Shown piece by piece: positions 29,928 to 40,752 of a DNA stretch of 64,000 bases (position 1 is its first letter; every line of letters begins with the position of its first letter). Source of the DNA: Clostridiales bacterium (GTDB taxonomy: Bacteria; Bacillota; Clostridia; Christensenellales; UBA1242); the NCBI GenBank assembly GCA_003524095.1, contig DOEE01000003.1, forward strand, positions 532,303-596,302, in the 5' to 3' direction. Below the pieces are notes generated by a model. That model searched no databases and was not told the DNA's origin. It was given only the letters and a program-made list of their open reading frames with translations. Both the position numbers and the translations under genes were made by a program.

Positions 29928-32366
29928 CTAAATTTGTTTTAAACTATATGCTTCCAAAATATCTCCAACTTCAATATCATTAAAGTTTTTGAGTTTAATT
30001 CCACATTCAAATCCAAGTTTAACAGATTTAACTTGGTCTTTTTGTTGTTGCAAAGTATCAATTGCGGTATCTACGATGCACTCGCCTTTACGCATAACCC
30101 TAATACTACTATCTCTATTGACAACACCATCTGTCACATAACTTCCTGCAATATTTCCAAGTGAACTAATTTTGAATATTTGTCTAACTTCGGCATGACC
30201 AGTAATAACTTCTTCATACTTAGGTGTAAGCATGCCATTTATTAGATTGGTAATATAATCAACAGCATCATAAATAATCTTAAAGTTTGCAATCTCAACC
30301 TTGTTCTTTTCGGCTAGTTGTCTTGCTTTTGCTTCTGGTTTAACATTAAATCCAACAATTATAGCCTTACTTGCTGTTGCCAAAATAACATCACTTTCAT
30401 TAATTCCACCAACTGCAGTATGAATAACTTGAACTTTTGCTTCATCATTGTGAATTTTTTCAAGTGTTGATTTAAGTGCTTCGCTAGAACCTTTGACATC
30501 GGCTTTGATAATAACTTTCAATACTTTGATTTCGTGGTCAGCAGATTGTTGCAAGAAGTCTTCAAGTGTAATTCCGTTGTTTTGTTCAAGTTTTTGGAGT
30601 TGTAATTTTTCGTTACGTTCTGATACAATGTTTCTTGCCATCTTTTCGTCAACAACATAAGCCATATCGCCCGCCTCAGGACATATATCAAAACCAAGAA
30701 CGGATACTGGGTCACTAGGTCCTGCGGATTTGACAGAATTACCTTTGTAATCCATCATAGCTCTAACTCTGCCAGATGCAACACCACTTACAATAAAGTC
30801 TCCAATATGCAAAGTTCCATTTTTGATAAGAATTGTAGCAACAATACCCCTACCTTTGTCAACTTTGCTTTCAATAATTGTTCCACTAGCATTTTGTTTG
30901 CTGTCGGCTTTGAGTTCCAAAATTTCTGCTACTAATTGTACCGCTTCAAGAAGTTTATCAATGTTTTTGTTAAATTTAGCAGAAATAGGAACACAAATTA
31001 CATCGCCACCCCATTCTTCACAAACAACATTATATTCAGTTAATTGTTGTTTAATTCTTTCGATATTAGCTTCTGGCTTGTCAATTTTGTTTATTGCAAC
31101 AATCATTGGAACGCCCGCATCTTTGATGTGATTTATCGCTTCAACTGTTTGTGGCATAATTCCATCATCTGCAGCAACGACTAGAATTGCAATATCCGTA
31201 AGTTTGGCACCTCTTGCTCTAATTGCCGTAAATGCTTCGTGTCCTGGGGTATCAATAAATGTAATTTGTTCGCCGTTATAATTAACAGTATAAGCACCGA
31301 TATGTTGTGTAATTCCGCCCGCTTCGCCCTCAATTACATTGGTATTTCTAATAGCATCAAGAAGTGAAGTTTTGCCATGGTCAACGTGACCCATAACAGT
31401 TACAACTGGTGGACGTTTTTCGGTCGAATGTGATTGATTATCAAACATTTCTTGTAATTTTTCTTCGTAGTTTTTGTCAATCTTTTGTTCCAAAGTCACG
31501 CCAAATTCTTGAGCAACAAGTTCGGCAGTTTGAAAGTCAATAACCGAATTTATATTTGGCATCATGCCAAGCATCATAAACTTTTTGATTATATCTACAG
31601 CTGGCTTTCCAATTTTTTCGGATAAAATCTTAACAGTAAGGTTTTCAGTATCAATAATAGCCTTATCGATAACAGTTTTTTCAATTACAGCTTGTTGTTT
31701 AGGCTTTTTAACCTTTGTTCTAACTCTACCCATTCTTTCTTCGCCATCGAGGTCAAAATCATTGTCAATATCAATATAGCCCATTTTAATTTTGGCCTTT
31801 TTGCTAAGTTCTTTCTTTTCGGTATCGAAAGTTTTGGATTTGTTTTTGTTTCCATAAGTTCGGCTGTTTTCATTTTTGGCGACAATTTGTTCAACTTCAA
31901 TCTTAGGAACTCTAGGTTTGTATCCATTATTGTCTCTTGGAACAAAATTCTTTTTGTCCATAGGTTTGCCGTCTTTAGAAAATTGTGGCTTTTGGTCTCT
32001 TGGCTTAAATTCCTTGGAAGGAACTTTGTTAAATTTCATTCCATTTGTATTTTGTATATCAAAAGAATTGTTTTGATTTTGATTAGGCTTTTTGTCAAAA
32101 GCATGTTTTGTTTCGATAACTTTTGGTTGTATGGTGTCGGTAGGTTCTGAAACTTTTTCAACTTTTGGTTCTACTACTTTAGATTTATTCTTAAGGTTAC
32201 TTTCATATTCCTTTAAGTTCTTGCAAAAAGTATCCAAAGCCATTTTTGACTTTGAAATATTGGATACCAAGGTATTAATCTCCGTACCACTAATAATTCC
32301 ACTAAGTTTCTTCAAATTACCAAAAGAAACTGAATTTTGTTTGTTTTTTTCTTGATTATTTTCCAA
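29928..32366 (-). CDS. infB: Translation initiation factor IF-2
   Basis: G-domain motifs [17 protein letters not shown] and NKIDK. 812 aa with a low-complexity N-terminal region. Confidence 0.98.
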   Translation of the reverse strand: MENNQEKNKQNSVSFGNLKKLSGIISGTEINTLVSNISKSKMALDTFCKNLKEYESNLKNKSKVVEPKVEKVSEPTDTIQPKVIETKHAFDKKPNQNQNNSFDIQNTNGMKFNKVPSKEFKPRDQKPQFSKDGKPMDKKNFVPRDNNGYKPRVPKIEVEQIVAKNENSRTYGNKNKSKTFDTEKKELSKKAKIKMGYIDIDNDFDLDGEERMGRVRTKVKKPKQQAVIEKTVIDKAIIDTENLTVKILSEKIGKPAVDIIKKFMMLGMMPNINSVIDFQTAELVAQEFGVTLEQKIDKNYEEKLQEMFDNQSHSTEKRPPVVTVMGHVDHGKTSLLDAIRNTNVIEGEAGGITQHIGAYTVNYNGEQITFIDTPGHEAFTAIRARGAKLTDIAILVVAADDGIMPQTVEAINHIKDAGVPMIVAINKIDKPEANIERIKQQLTEYNVVCEEWGGDVICVPISAKFNKNIDKLLEAVQLVAEILELKADSKQNASGTIIESKVDKGRGIVATILIKNGTLHIGDFIVSGVASGRVRAMMDYKGNSVKSAGPSDPVSVLGFDICPEAGDMAYVVDEKMARNIVSERNEKLQLQKLEQNNGITLEDFLQQSADHEIKVLKVIIKADVKGSSEALKSTLEKIHNDEAKVQVIHTAVGGINESDVILATASKAIIVGFNVKPEAKARQLAEKNKVEIANFKIIYDAVDYITNLINGMLTPKYEEVITGHAEVRQIFKISSLGNIAGSYVTDGVVNRDSSIRVMRKGECIVDTAIDTLQQQKDQVKSVKLGFECGIKLKNFNDIEVGDILEAYSLKQI

Positions 32367-32684
32367 TTAATTCTCTCCAATATTTTTTTGTTGCATTATT
32401 TCTTTTACAATCACTTTTGATAGTTCTAAGTCCAATATGCCCAAAACTTTGCAATTATCTCTATTAATTATATCACTCAAATTCAAATTTTCAAGAGTTA
32501 ACAAATTAATTTTGTGTTCATCACAAAAAATTTTGACCTTATTTGCCATTTTTTCTGCCAAATCCGGGGAAATAACCACTAGCAATGGTGCTTTTTTTGA
32601 CTTAAACAGATTATCATATCCAAAAATAACCTTCCCGCTTTTTATCGCAAAGCCAAAATATGACTTAAGTTTATTTTGATTCAT
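32367..32684 (-). CDS. ylxQ: L7Ae-family RNA-binding protein (YlxQ-like)
   Basis: FAIKSGKVIFGYDN. Position between ylxR and infB. Confidence 0.85.
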   Translation of the reverse strand: MNQNKLKSYFGFAIKSGKVIFGYDNLFKSKKAPLLVVISPDLAEKMANKVKIFCDEHKINLLTLENLNLSDIINRDNCKVLGILDLELSKVIVKEIMQQKNIGEN

Positions 32685-32931
32685 AACTATCCTTTAGACT
32701 ATTGTATTCATCCGAACTTACATTACACTTAAAGGTTTTGTTAAGTAATTTGTTTTTAAATAGCAATTCTCTACATTTTGAATCATTACAAATATATGCA
32801 CCTCTGCCATTTAATTTTCCTGTCTTATCAAACTTAAAACCTTCGTCGGTTTTGACAATTCTTATTAATTCTTTTTTTGGCTTGCATTCTTTGCAAGCGA
32901 TACAAGTTCTCATAGGAATTTTCTTAATCAT
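32671..32931 (-). CDS. ylxR: YlxR/RnpM-family (DUF448) RNA-binding protein
   Basis: PMRTCIACKECKPKKELIRIV...GRGAYIC. Confidence 0.9.
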   Translation of the reverse strand: MIKKIPMRTCIACKECKPKKELIRIVKTDEGFKFDKTGKLNGRGAYICNDSKCRELLFKNKLLNKTFKCNVSSDEYNSLKDSYESK

Positions 32932-32940
32932 AAAATCTCC

Positions 32941-34062
32941 TTAGTTCAAATCGTCAAAAGCATCTGCTCCGTCAAATAAGTTCTCATAATTTTCGTTTGT
33001 GTTTTCGTCCAAGTTAAGAGATGGAACTGCACTTTTTGCTTTGACATCAATTTTCCAACCAGTAAGTCTTGCGGCAAGTCTAACATTTTGACCAGCCTTG
33101 CCAATTGCAAGACTAAGCTTGTCATCTGGAACAACAGCCAAAGATGTTTTGTCTTCCATATTTGTGTGAATATACAAAACTGTAGCTGGACTTAGTGCAG
33201 ATACAATATATTCCCCAGCATCTTCACTATAAGGAACAATATCTATTTTTTCGCCATTTAACTCATTAACTATTTCGTTAACTCTCATGCCTTTGTTTCC
33301 AACACAAGCACCAATAACATCTAGCATTTTGTTAGTTGAATATACAGACATTTTTGTTCGGTAGCCCGCTTCTCTAACAATGTTTTTGATAACAATTTCG
33401 CCACTTGCAATTTCTGGAACTTCAAGTTCAAATAATTTTCTTACAAAACTAGCACTGCTACGAGAAAGTTGAACATAAGGCATATTATAACCTTCTTTGA
33501 CAGTCTTAACTACAACTTTGATTCTATCATTAACTTTGTATTTTTCACCAGGGATTTGGTCTCTGAGTCCAAGTACTCCTTCGACTTGAGTCATTCCTAA
33601 ATCAACATAAACATTGTCACCCTCAATACGTCTAATAATGCCAGTTACTAGTTCGTCTTGTTTTGTGTTAACTTCGTCCATAATTCTGCCACGTTCTGCT
33701 TCTCTTAATCTTTGCATAACAACTTGTTTTGCTGTTTGAGCAGCAATTCTTCCAAAGTTCTTTGGAGTTTCTTCTTGTTGAACTAAATCACCAATTTTAT
33801 AGCTTTTCTTAATTGTTTTAGCTTCGGCAAGACTAATTTCTTTGTCATTATCCAAAACTTCGTTTACTACAGTTTTGTATGAATAAATTTTGATTGTGTT
33901 CTTTTCTGGATTTAATTTAACAAAAGCGCTCTTGGCTTCGCCAAAATTCTTTTTGTAAGCACTAGTCAATGCGGCTTCAAGTGCTTCGATAAAATATTCC
34001 TTGTTAATTCCTTTTTGTTCTTCCAAATCAATTAATGCTTGAAAAAAATCTTTGTTAATCAT
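32941..34062 (-). CDS. nusA: Transcription termination/antitermination factor NusA
   Basis: N-terminal domain, S1 and two KH domains (CVGNKGMRVNEIVNELNGEKIDIV; AIGKAGQNVRLAARLTGWKIDV). Start moved to ATG 34060-34062 behind an AAAGGAG RBS. Confidence 0.96.
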   Translation of the reverse strand: MINKDFFQALIDLEEQKGINKEYFIEALEAALTSAYKKNFGEAKSAFVKLNPEKNTIKIYSYKTVVNEVLDNDKEISLAEAKTIKKSYKIGDLVQQEETPKNFGRIAAQTAKQVVMQRLREAERGRIMDEVNTKQDELVTGIIRRIEGDNVYVDLGMTQVEGVLGLRDQIPGEKYKVNDRIKVVVKTVKEGYNMPYVQLSRSSASFVRKLFELEVPEIASGEIVIKNIVREAGYRTKMSVYSTNKMLDVIGACVGNKGMRVNEIVNELNGEKIDIVPYSEDAGEYIVSALSPATVLYIHTNMEDKTSLAVVPDDKLSLAIGKAGQNVRLAARLTGWKIDVKAKSAVPSLNLDENTNENYENLFDGADAFDDLN

Positions 34063-34075
34063 TTTGTTTTCTCCT

Positions 34076-34537
34076 TTAAAATTCAATATGAGCGGATATA
34101 TTTGAAATTAGTTTACGCTCGATTTGTAAATTTTCGTTATTATATTCAACATTGATATTATCTTTGTCAAATTCAAGTAATTTTGCAATTATGAGTTTTT
34201 TGCCTTTGAAAGGTGCATAGAATTTGATATCACACAACTTTCCTATGTGTTTATTAAAATCATAATCGGTCTTAAATGCCCTATCAAGACCATAAGACGA
34301 AACATTAAAGTTATATGATGCACCATTAGTAATATCATTTTTGTCAAGTGGCTCGTCCAAAGCCCTAGAAACTCTCTCACAATCATTAATTGTAATTCCT
34401 TCGGGACTATCAATAGTAAGTGCCAATACATTTCCACTAAACTCTTTTTTGTACTCCAAATCAACAAAAATATAACCCAAATCTTCGACAATAGGTTTAA
34501 TTATCTTAAGTGCTTTGTCAACAATTCTTTCTGACAT
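34076..34537 (-). CDS. rimP: Ribosome maturation factor RimP
   Basis: 153 aa, ...VDLEYKKEFSGNVLALTIDSPEGITINDCERVSRAL. Immediately upstream of nusA. Confidence 0.9.
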   Translation of the reverse strand: MSERIVDKALKIIKPIVEDLGYIFVDLEYKKEFSGNVLALTIDSPEGITINDCERVSRALDEPLDKNDITNGASYNFNVSSYGLDRAFKTDYDFNKHIGKLCDIKFYAPFKGKKLIIAKLLEFDKDNINVEYNNENLQIERKLISNISAHIEF

Positions 34538-34564
34538 AAATTCTCCTTGTATTTACAAAATTTA

Positions 34565-34590
34565 AGAGTGAACTTTTGCAAGTTCACTCT
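34565..34590 (-). terminator. Strong hairpin (putative terminator) between the polC-like gene and rimP
   Basis: 11-bp perfect stem AGAGTGAACTT/AAGTTCACTCT with a 4-nt loop. The downstream tract TAAATTTTGT is only moderately T-rich. Confidence 0.5.
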
Positions 34591-34669
34591 AATAATCTAG
34601 TATTAACTAAATATATAATAACATATCCTTGTTTCAAAATCAAGCCATTTATGGCAAAAAAATAGTAAT

Positions 34670-36220
34670 TTATGTAAGATTTTTATTTAATTTGATAACA
34701 ACGTCGGCGGTAGCCATTGCATCATGCACTGCTCTATGTGCATTTTCAAGCGAGACACCAAGTTTTTTGCATACAGTTCCAAGTTTAAAGTTTTTTAGGC
34801 CGGGGACAAAAGCCCTTGCCATATACAAGGCATCTATTTGCTTATTATCAAAAATATATCCATTTCTTTTGCCAAACTGATTAACAAACTTGTAATCAAA
34901 ATCTATATTGTAAGCAATAATTGTTGAATTATAACAAAACTTATAAAAATCGGCAATAACTTTTTGAATACAAGGTGCATCTTTGACCATTTCATCATTA
35001 ATTCCCGTCAAATTTGTTATTTCTTCTGGAATATGATTTTCAGGGTGTACAAAGGTTTCAAATGTTTCGACTTTTTTCCCTTGATGTAATTTTACTGCAC
35101 CAATTTCTATAATCTCACATCTGCTTACTTCCAATCCCGTTGTCTCAATATCAAATACAACAACGTCGTTTTGCATAAGATAATCGCCAATTTCGTCACC
35201 AGTCGAAAACAAATTAGCTTGAGAAAGTTGGGTATAAGGTTCGGGTTTGCAACAAAGATATTCTTTGTTTGGTTCTTTTTTGATTTCAACATCTTCAGAA
35301 ACCACTTCGGCTTCTGCTTTTTTGCAATAGGCAATTGCGCTAACTTTCATGCTTAGTCTTCCGTTATATTCTTCGACATTGCCGTGAACTATAACATAAT
35401 CCCCCTCTTTGAATCCAAGCATTTTTGTAGTATCGGCTTTGTTTGGAAAGACAACACAATTAATCTTTCCCGTTCCATCTGTAAGCAAAAAACTAAAAAA
35501 CGTCTTAATAATTTTGTTTCCGTCTTTGTCTAATCGCTTTGACTCAAACTCTCTAGTATTCAAAAATCTAATGTTGCCCGAAATTTCGACACTTTCCATT
35601 GCATCTTGAATGACAGATATGTCTATAGGATTGCCATTAACTTCGTTAATGATATTTTGTATATCTTCAACTTTGTAACATTTAATAATGTTATTATTTC
35701 CAAGATAAATTTCATTTTCAAAAGGATTTTCTAAAACTATTTCTTCGTCAGATGAACATTTGTTAGATTTAATGTCCAAGTAGAATGGCTCAAAGAAAAA
35801 ACTATTTGCATAATCTAAGATATCTTTGTAGACACTAGGGTCACTTAAATGAATGTAATTAAAATCATTGCAATTAATAGTTGCATTAATGGTGTTGTCA
35901 ATGGTTACTGTTATATCCGCTTTTTCAAAATCAGAAGCAACCGACGAATAGTGTTTGGTTACAAAATTATATAGAACATCTCTAACAAGTTCGCAATCAA
36001 CATATGCCTTTTTGCACTTAATAACAACCCCAACATCTTGTGGTAGATAGTCTTTTATTAATTTCTGCAAAGTACACTTGTCGTTTTCTTTCAACTCATT
36101 TTTGTACAGAAATTTAAAAGTGCATTCTCTTAAATTTTTATCAAAAATAACACTTACAAGTTTAAAATCTTTGTAAGCGTTATTTGTTTGTTTGTTTATA
36201 TAATCAAGTATTTTCATCAA
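34670..36220 (-). CDS. Stand-alone PolC-like N-terminal region + OB fold + DEDDh 3'-5' exonuclease; no PHP or polymerase domains
   Basis: OB segment GKINCVVFPNKADTTKMLGFKEGDYVIVHGNVEEYNGRLSMKVSAI. Exo I VVFDIETTGL, Exo II AYNIDFDYKF, Exo III HRAVHDAMATADV. Occupies the polC slot between rseP and rimP. Confidence 0.75.
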   Translation of the reverse strand: MMKILDYINKQTNNAYKDFKLVSVIFDKNLRECTFKFLYKNELKENDKCTLQKLIKDYLPQDVGVVIKCKKAYVDCELVRDVLYNFVTKHYSSVASDFEKADITVTIDNTINATINCNDFNYIHLSDPSVYKDILDYANSFFFEPFYLDIKSNKCSSDEEIVLENPFENEIYLGNNNIIKCYKVEDIQNIINEVNGNPIDISVIQDAMESVEISGNIRFLNTREFESKRLDKDGNKIIKTFFSFLLTDGTGKINCVVFPNKADTTKMLGFKEGDYVIVHGNVEEYNGRLSMKVSAIAYCKKAEAEVVSEDVEIKKEPNKEYLCCKPEPYTQLSQANLFSTGDEIGDYLMQNDVVVFDIETTGLEVSRCEIIEIGAVKLHQGKKVETFETFVHPENHIPEEITNLTGINDEMVKDAPCIQKVIADFYKFCYNSTIIAYNIDFDYKFVNQFGKRNGYIFDNKQIDALYMARAFVPGLKNFKLGTVCKKLGVSLENAHRAVHDAMATADVVIKLNKNLT

Positions 36221-36232
36221 AAGTCCTTTTCT

Positions 36233-37300
36233 TTAGAATAAAATTATATGAAGCAAATCAATTATAATAACCAGTGCAAACATAACAAGCAATCCAATAC
36301 TGTGGATTTTGGCTTCAATGTTTCGAGGAACTGGCTTTCTGAATATCCATTCTATCAAAACAAACACCATTCTTGCACCGTCTAGTGCTGGAATTGGAAG
36401 CCAGTTAAATACAGCCAAATTGACAGCAATAAGCGGGAATAATAAAAGTAAGTTTTTGATATTTGTTTGAGTGGATACAGCAATCGTCTTAATTGTTGTA
36501 ACTGGACCACCCACACTTTCTAGTCCTAATTGTCCCGTGAATAACTTGCCAAGCACAACCAAACATTCCCAAGCCATATTGCAGGTGTAAGGAACGCATT
36601 TGAGAAGCGCTTTCCCAAAGCCATATTTAACATATTCGGTTGTAACACCAATAACTTTGCTTTGAATTATTTTGTTGCCCTCTGAGTCAAGTTCAAATTC
36701 GCCACTATCATTTTGTTTATAAATAGCATATTTTTGAACCTTAATATCCATAATTTGACCGTTTCTATCTACTTTTAGAACAATATCTTCGCCAATATCT
36801 CTATTCTTCATAAGATTAATTATGCCACCATTCAAAAATGTTGGTTCAACACCATCAACTTGCATAATTATATCGTTTTTCTGAATTACGTTTTCATTTC
36901 CGTTGGTAGCAACGACATCGCTAACTTTTACAATGCCCGAACCAACACTCATAAGTAAAATAAATGTAAATATTATACCTGACAAAAAGTTAAAAAAAGC
37001 ACCTGAAAACAAGACAATTAACCTTTTCCAACAAGGATAATTATTGAAACACTCTTTGTCTTCCTTTCCATCTTCGTCTTCACCTTTGAATGCACAGTAG
37101 CCACCCAAAGGAATCCAACGCAAACTAAAGGTCTCGCCACTTTTTAATTTTTTATTAAATATCGCCTTGCCAAAGCCAATTGAAAACTCTTCAATCTTAA
37201 ATCCAAGCATTTTGCCAGCCAAATAATGACCAGTTTCGTGTATCATTATCATAAGTAGCAATATAACTATCGCTAGCAATATATAAAGTACTATCATCAA
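36233..37300 (-). CDS. rseP: RIP zinc metalloprotease RseP/RasP
   Basis: HETGHY (HExxH), PDZ region, and NWLPIPALDG motif. Confidence 0.93.
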   Translation of the reverse strand: MMIVLYILLAIVILLLMIMIHETGHYLAGKMLGFKIEEFSIGFGKAIFNKKLKSGETFSLRWIPLGGYCAFKGEDEDGKEDKECFNNYPCWKRLIVLFSGAFFNFLSGIIFTFILLMSVGSGIVKVSDVVATNGNENVIQKNDIIMQVDGVEPTFLNGGIINLMKNRDIGEDIVLKVDRNGQIMDIKVQKYAIYKQNDSGEFELDSEGNKIIQSKVIGVTTEYVKYGFGKALLKCVPYTCNMAWECLVVLGKLFTGQLGLESVGGPVTTIKTIAVSTQTNIKNLLLLFPLIAVNLAVFNWLPIPALDGARMVFVLIEWIFRKPVPRNIEAKIHSIGLLVMFALVIIIDLLHIILF

Positions 37301-37350
37301 AATCTCCTATTTCATTCCAGTAAACACAAAAAATTAGTACAATAATTTTG

Positions 37351-38295
37351 TTAAATTAATACAAACATTGAAATTAGGATAACTAGCGCACTAAATATAA
37401 GTCCGTCTACTCTATCCATAACACCACCATGTCCTGGGAATATTGTTCCATAATCTTTGACTCTTGCACTGCGTTTGAGTTTGCTTGCAATAATATCCCC
37501 TATCTGACAAACAATTGATGCAATCATCGATACAATAAGTATCTTCCACCAAACAATGTCAGTAGTCATGAACATTTCATTAATATATATATTTAGAGAG
37601 AATAAATAATATACCAATACTCCGCCAAAAGTACCAAATACAAATCCACCAACCGCACCACTGATTGTCTTGTTTGGACTAATTGTTGGACAAAGTTTTG
37701 GGCCTTTGAAAGTGGTTCCTACAACTAATGCCATACTGTCTGTAATCATTGTAATTGCAAACAACAATACCACAAAGAATAGAATAAGTAAATTTGGATA
37801 TTTAATAGTTGTTGTAACAAATGCAAAATCAAAATAGTGATTAATAAACAACATGCATACAAACAAAATTGCAGGATATATCATAACAAAAGCACTATTC
37901 ATACTCTTGTTGAATGCGTATTTGGCATCACTATCATATACGCCAAATTTGTCTTTTTCTTTGTGAGTAACACTTGAACACAAATAAGTAAACAAAAAGT
38001 TAGCTAAAAACAAAATTAGCAGTATTGCAACAAAATATACAACGTAGTTTAGCCAACCACGTTTATTTATAATTCCAATAGTCATAGCAACATACATAAT
38101 TGCTGGAAAGCACCCAACCAAAACAACGTTTGAAAACATTCTTCTGCGTTCCAAGACCTTAGTAACTTCGACACAGCCAACAACAGCAAGTATTCCAATA
38201 AATGCGTCCATAGCATAAGTTGTATAATATCTTGATGCAACAAATAATGTGGTTACAATTAGAATTATTAAACTAGTAAGCAATCTTTTTTTCAT
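37351..38295 (-). CDS. cdsA: Phosphatidate cytidylyltransferase
   Basis: C-terminal signature SKLKRSARVKDYGTIFPGHGGVMDRVDGL. Polytopic membrane protein. Confidence 0.92.
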   Translation of the reverse strand: MKKRLLTSLIILIVTTLFVASRYYTTYAMDAFIGILAVVGCVEVTKVLERRRMFSNVVLVGCFPAIMYVAMTIGIINKRGWLNYVVYFVAILLILFLANFLFTYLCSSVTHKEKDKFGVYDSDAKYAFNKSMNSAFVMIYPAILFVCMLFINHYFDFAFVTTTIKYPNLLILFFVVLLFAITMITDSMALVVGTTFKGPKLCPTISPNKTISGAVGGFVFGTFGGVLVYYLFSLNIYINEMFMTTDIVWWKILIVSMIASIVCQIGDIIASKLKRSARVKDYGTIFPGHGGVMDRVDGLIFSALVILISMFVLI

Positions 38296-38351
38296 AAATA
38301 TCCTTTTATATCTTTGACCAAAAGTTTATTTGTTTAATCAATTATAGCAAA

Positions 38352-38921
38352 TTAAACTTCCATAATTTCTTTTTCTTTGGCACTACTGATTTTTTCGATA
38401 TTTGCCACAATGTCATCAAGAATTTTTTGAACATCTTTTTCAAGACTAGCCATTTCGTCTTCGGTTATTGTACTTTCCTTTTTCATTTTCTTAAAAGTAT
38501 CCAAAGTATCACGTCTAAAGTTACGACAAGCCACCTTGGCACTTTCGGTATACTTACTCATATCTTTGACAAGTTCTTTTCTTCTTTCTTCGGTGAGTTG
38601 TGGGAAAACAAGTCTAATAACTCTTCCGTCATCACTAGGATTTAAACCAAGGTTTGCCCCTTCAATTGCCTTCGCAACAGCCTTTAGCATTGAATTATCC
38701 CAAATATTTACAAGAATCATTCTTGCTTCTGGAACAGAAATAGTGGCCATTTGACTAATAGGAGTCATAGTTCCATAATAATCCACCATAATTTTTTCGA
38801 TTAATTTTGGATTTGCTCTTCCTGCTCTAATTTGCAAAAGTTCTTCTTTGAAGTGTTCAACAACTTTGTTTAGTTCTTCTTTGTATTCTTCCAAATACAT
38901 TTCAATTTCTTCATTGTACAT
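38352..38921 (-). CDS. frr: Ribosome recycling factor
   Basis: LQIRAGRANPKLIEKIMVDYYG...RNFRRD. AGGAGAG RBS. Confidence 0.95.
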   Translation of the reverse strand: MYNEEIEMYLEEYKEELNKVVEHFKEELLQIRAGRANPKLIEKIMVDYYGTMTPISQMATISVPEARMILVNIWDNSMLKAVAKAIEGANLGLNPSDDGRVIRLVFPQLTEERRKELVKDMSKYTESAKVACRNFRRDTLDTFKKMKKESTITEDEMASLEKDVQKILDDIVANIEKISSAKEKEIMEV

Positions 38922-39073
38922 AAAAAATCTCTCCTAATTTGATACTAACCTATTTTACTATAAAATACCCCTATTTTGCAACCAAAAACCAACTACAAAA
39001 TCAAATTTTATTATTTTTTTGTTACAAAGAAAAAAGCTCTATCACTAGAGCTTTTTTTGAATTATTCATCAGA

Positions 39074-39718
39074 TTATTTCATTTGAGACATAACTTCGTC
39101 TGCAAAATTATCTTTTCTCTTTTCCAAACCTTCACCCATTTCATAACGAGTAAATCTACGAATAGAAATTTTTTCGCCAATTGTAAGAATTGCTTCATTA
39201 AGCAAATCTTGGATTGTTTTGCTAGGGTCTTTTACGAATGGTTGTTCAAGTAGACAAACTTCTTCGTAGAATTTCTTAACTCTACCCTCAATCATTCTAT
39301 CAACGATAGCTTCAGGTTTTCCTTCGTTAAGTGCTTGAATTCTCAAAATTTCTTTTTCGTGATCAAGAACGTCTGTTGGAACTTCTGCTGAAGTAACATA
39401 AAGTGGTTTTGCTGCTGCAATTTGCAAAGCAATGTCTTTGCAGAAAGCAACAAAGTTGTCACTACGTGCAACAAAATCTGTTTCACAGTTGATTTCTTCC
39501 AAAACACCAATTTTTCCACCCATGTGGATGTAAGAGTAAACTAGTCCTTCGGCAGCAATTCTATCTGCTTTTTTAGCAGCTTTTGCAATACCTTTTTCTC
39601 TTAACCATTCAGTAGCCTTGTCCAAATCTCCATCGGATTCTGTCAAAGCATTTTTGCAGTCCATTATACCTGCATTGGTTCTTTTTCTTAGTTTTACAAT
39701 ATCTTCGTTTGTAAACAT
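39074..39718 (-). CDS. tsf: Elongation factor Ts (short ~214-aa form)
   Basis: [34 protein letters not shown]. Start moved to ATG 39716-39718. Confidence 0.94.
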   Translation of the reverse strand: MFTNEDIVKLRKRTNAGIMDCKNALTESDGDLDKATEWLREKGIAKAAKKADRIAAEGLVYSYIHMGGKIGVLEEINCETDFVARSDNFVAFCKDIALQIAAAKPLYVTSAEVPTDVLDHEKEILRIQALNEGKPEAIVDRMIEGRVKKFYEEVCLLEQPFVKDPSKTIQDLLNEAILTIGEKISIRRFTRYEMGEGLEKRKDNFADEVMSQMK

Positions 39719-39742
39719 AACCTTTTTCACTCCTATATAATA

Positions 39743-40522
39743 TTATTCTTCAGTTTTAACTTCTTCGTTTGCAACTTCTTCTTGAACTGACTCAGTTGTT
39801 TCTTCAGTATTTACAGCTTCTTCTTCAGTAACTGGAGCAACACCTTCTCTAGCTTCAATAACAGCATTAGCCATAGCACCAGCGATAAGTGATACTGCTC
39901 TAATTGCGTCATCATTACCAGGGATAACGTAGTCGATAGGTTCTGGGTCACAATTTGTGTCAAGCAATGCTACAACTGGAATACCCAAAGATTTTGCTTC
40001 TTGAACAGCGATGTGTTCTTTTTTGGTGTCTACAATAAATAGAACATCAGGAAGCTTAGTCATTTCCTTGATACCGCCAAGGTTCTTTTCGAGTTTGTCT
40101 CTTTCTGCTTTTAGTTTGATAACTTCTTTTTTAGGAAGTAGGTTAAATTCGCCAACCTTTTCCATAGTTTCAAGTTTGTTAAGTCTTTCTACTCTGCTTC
40201 TTATTGTTTTGAAGTTAGTAAGAGTACCACCCAACCAACGTGAATTAATGTAGTACATACCACATCTCTTAGCTTCGTCTTCGATAGCCTTTTGAGCTTG
40301 TTTCTTTGTACCTACAAATAGGATAGTTTTGCCTTCGCTAGCCATAGATTTGATGTAATCATAAGCCTTGTCAATCAAAACTACTGTGTCTTCAAGATTG
40401 ATAATATGAATATCGTTTCTTGAATTAAAGATGTATTTGCTCATTTTTGGGTTCCACTTTCTAGTTTGGTGACCAAAGTGAACACCTGCTTCAAGCAATT
40501 GTTTCATTGAAATTACTGACAT
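39743..40522 (-). CDS. rpsB: 30S ribosomal protein S2
   Basis: [29 protein letters not shown]. Acidic C-terminal tail. Confidence 0.98.
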   Translation of the reverse strand: MSVISMKQLLEAGVHFGHQTRKWNPKMSKYIFNSRNDIHIINLEDTVVLIDKAYDYIKSMASEGKTILFVGTKKQAQKAIEDEAKRCGMYYINSRWLGGTLTNFKTIRSRVERLNKLETMEKVGEFNLLPKKEVIKLKAERDKLEKNLGGIKEMTKLPDVLFIVDTKKEHIAVQEAKSLGIPVVALLDTNCDPEPIDYVIPGNDDAIRAVSLIAGAMANAVIEAREGVAPVTEEEAVNTEETTESVQEEVANEEVKTEE

Positions 40523-40702
40523 TATTATTTCCTCCTTGTTTTTTCATCCTAGATGTTTTGAACTCTGATAGCAAAGCATATAGCCAACAAACTATCAAAT
40601 CAACAAAATTTTGAGAAAATCTTGTTGTTTTAAGCGAGTTTTTGATTGAAATTTTCAAAAATCACTCAAAATTCACCTAGTGCGTCATTATTCAACGAAA
40701 TA

Positions 40703-40731
40703 ATAATACCATACAAATTTGAAAAAATCAA
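40703..40731 (-). promoter_or_regulatory. Candidate sigma-A promoter for rpsB-tsf
   Basis: Minus strand TTGATT (40726-40731), 17-nt spacer, TATTAT (40703-40708). Implies a ~170-nt 5' UTR. Confidence 0.5.
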
Positions 40732-40752
40732 TAATTTTATGTAATTTTGTAC

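Noticed and set aside
34670-36220. The idea that the PolC-like gene is a recently truncated polC pseudogene.
   Set aside because: The ORF is intact with all three exonuclease motifs and ends in a normal stop. Only ~130 bp, containing a clean hairpin, separate it from rimP, so no degraded PHP or polymerase coding remnant is present. It is kept as a finding rather than called a pseudogene.
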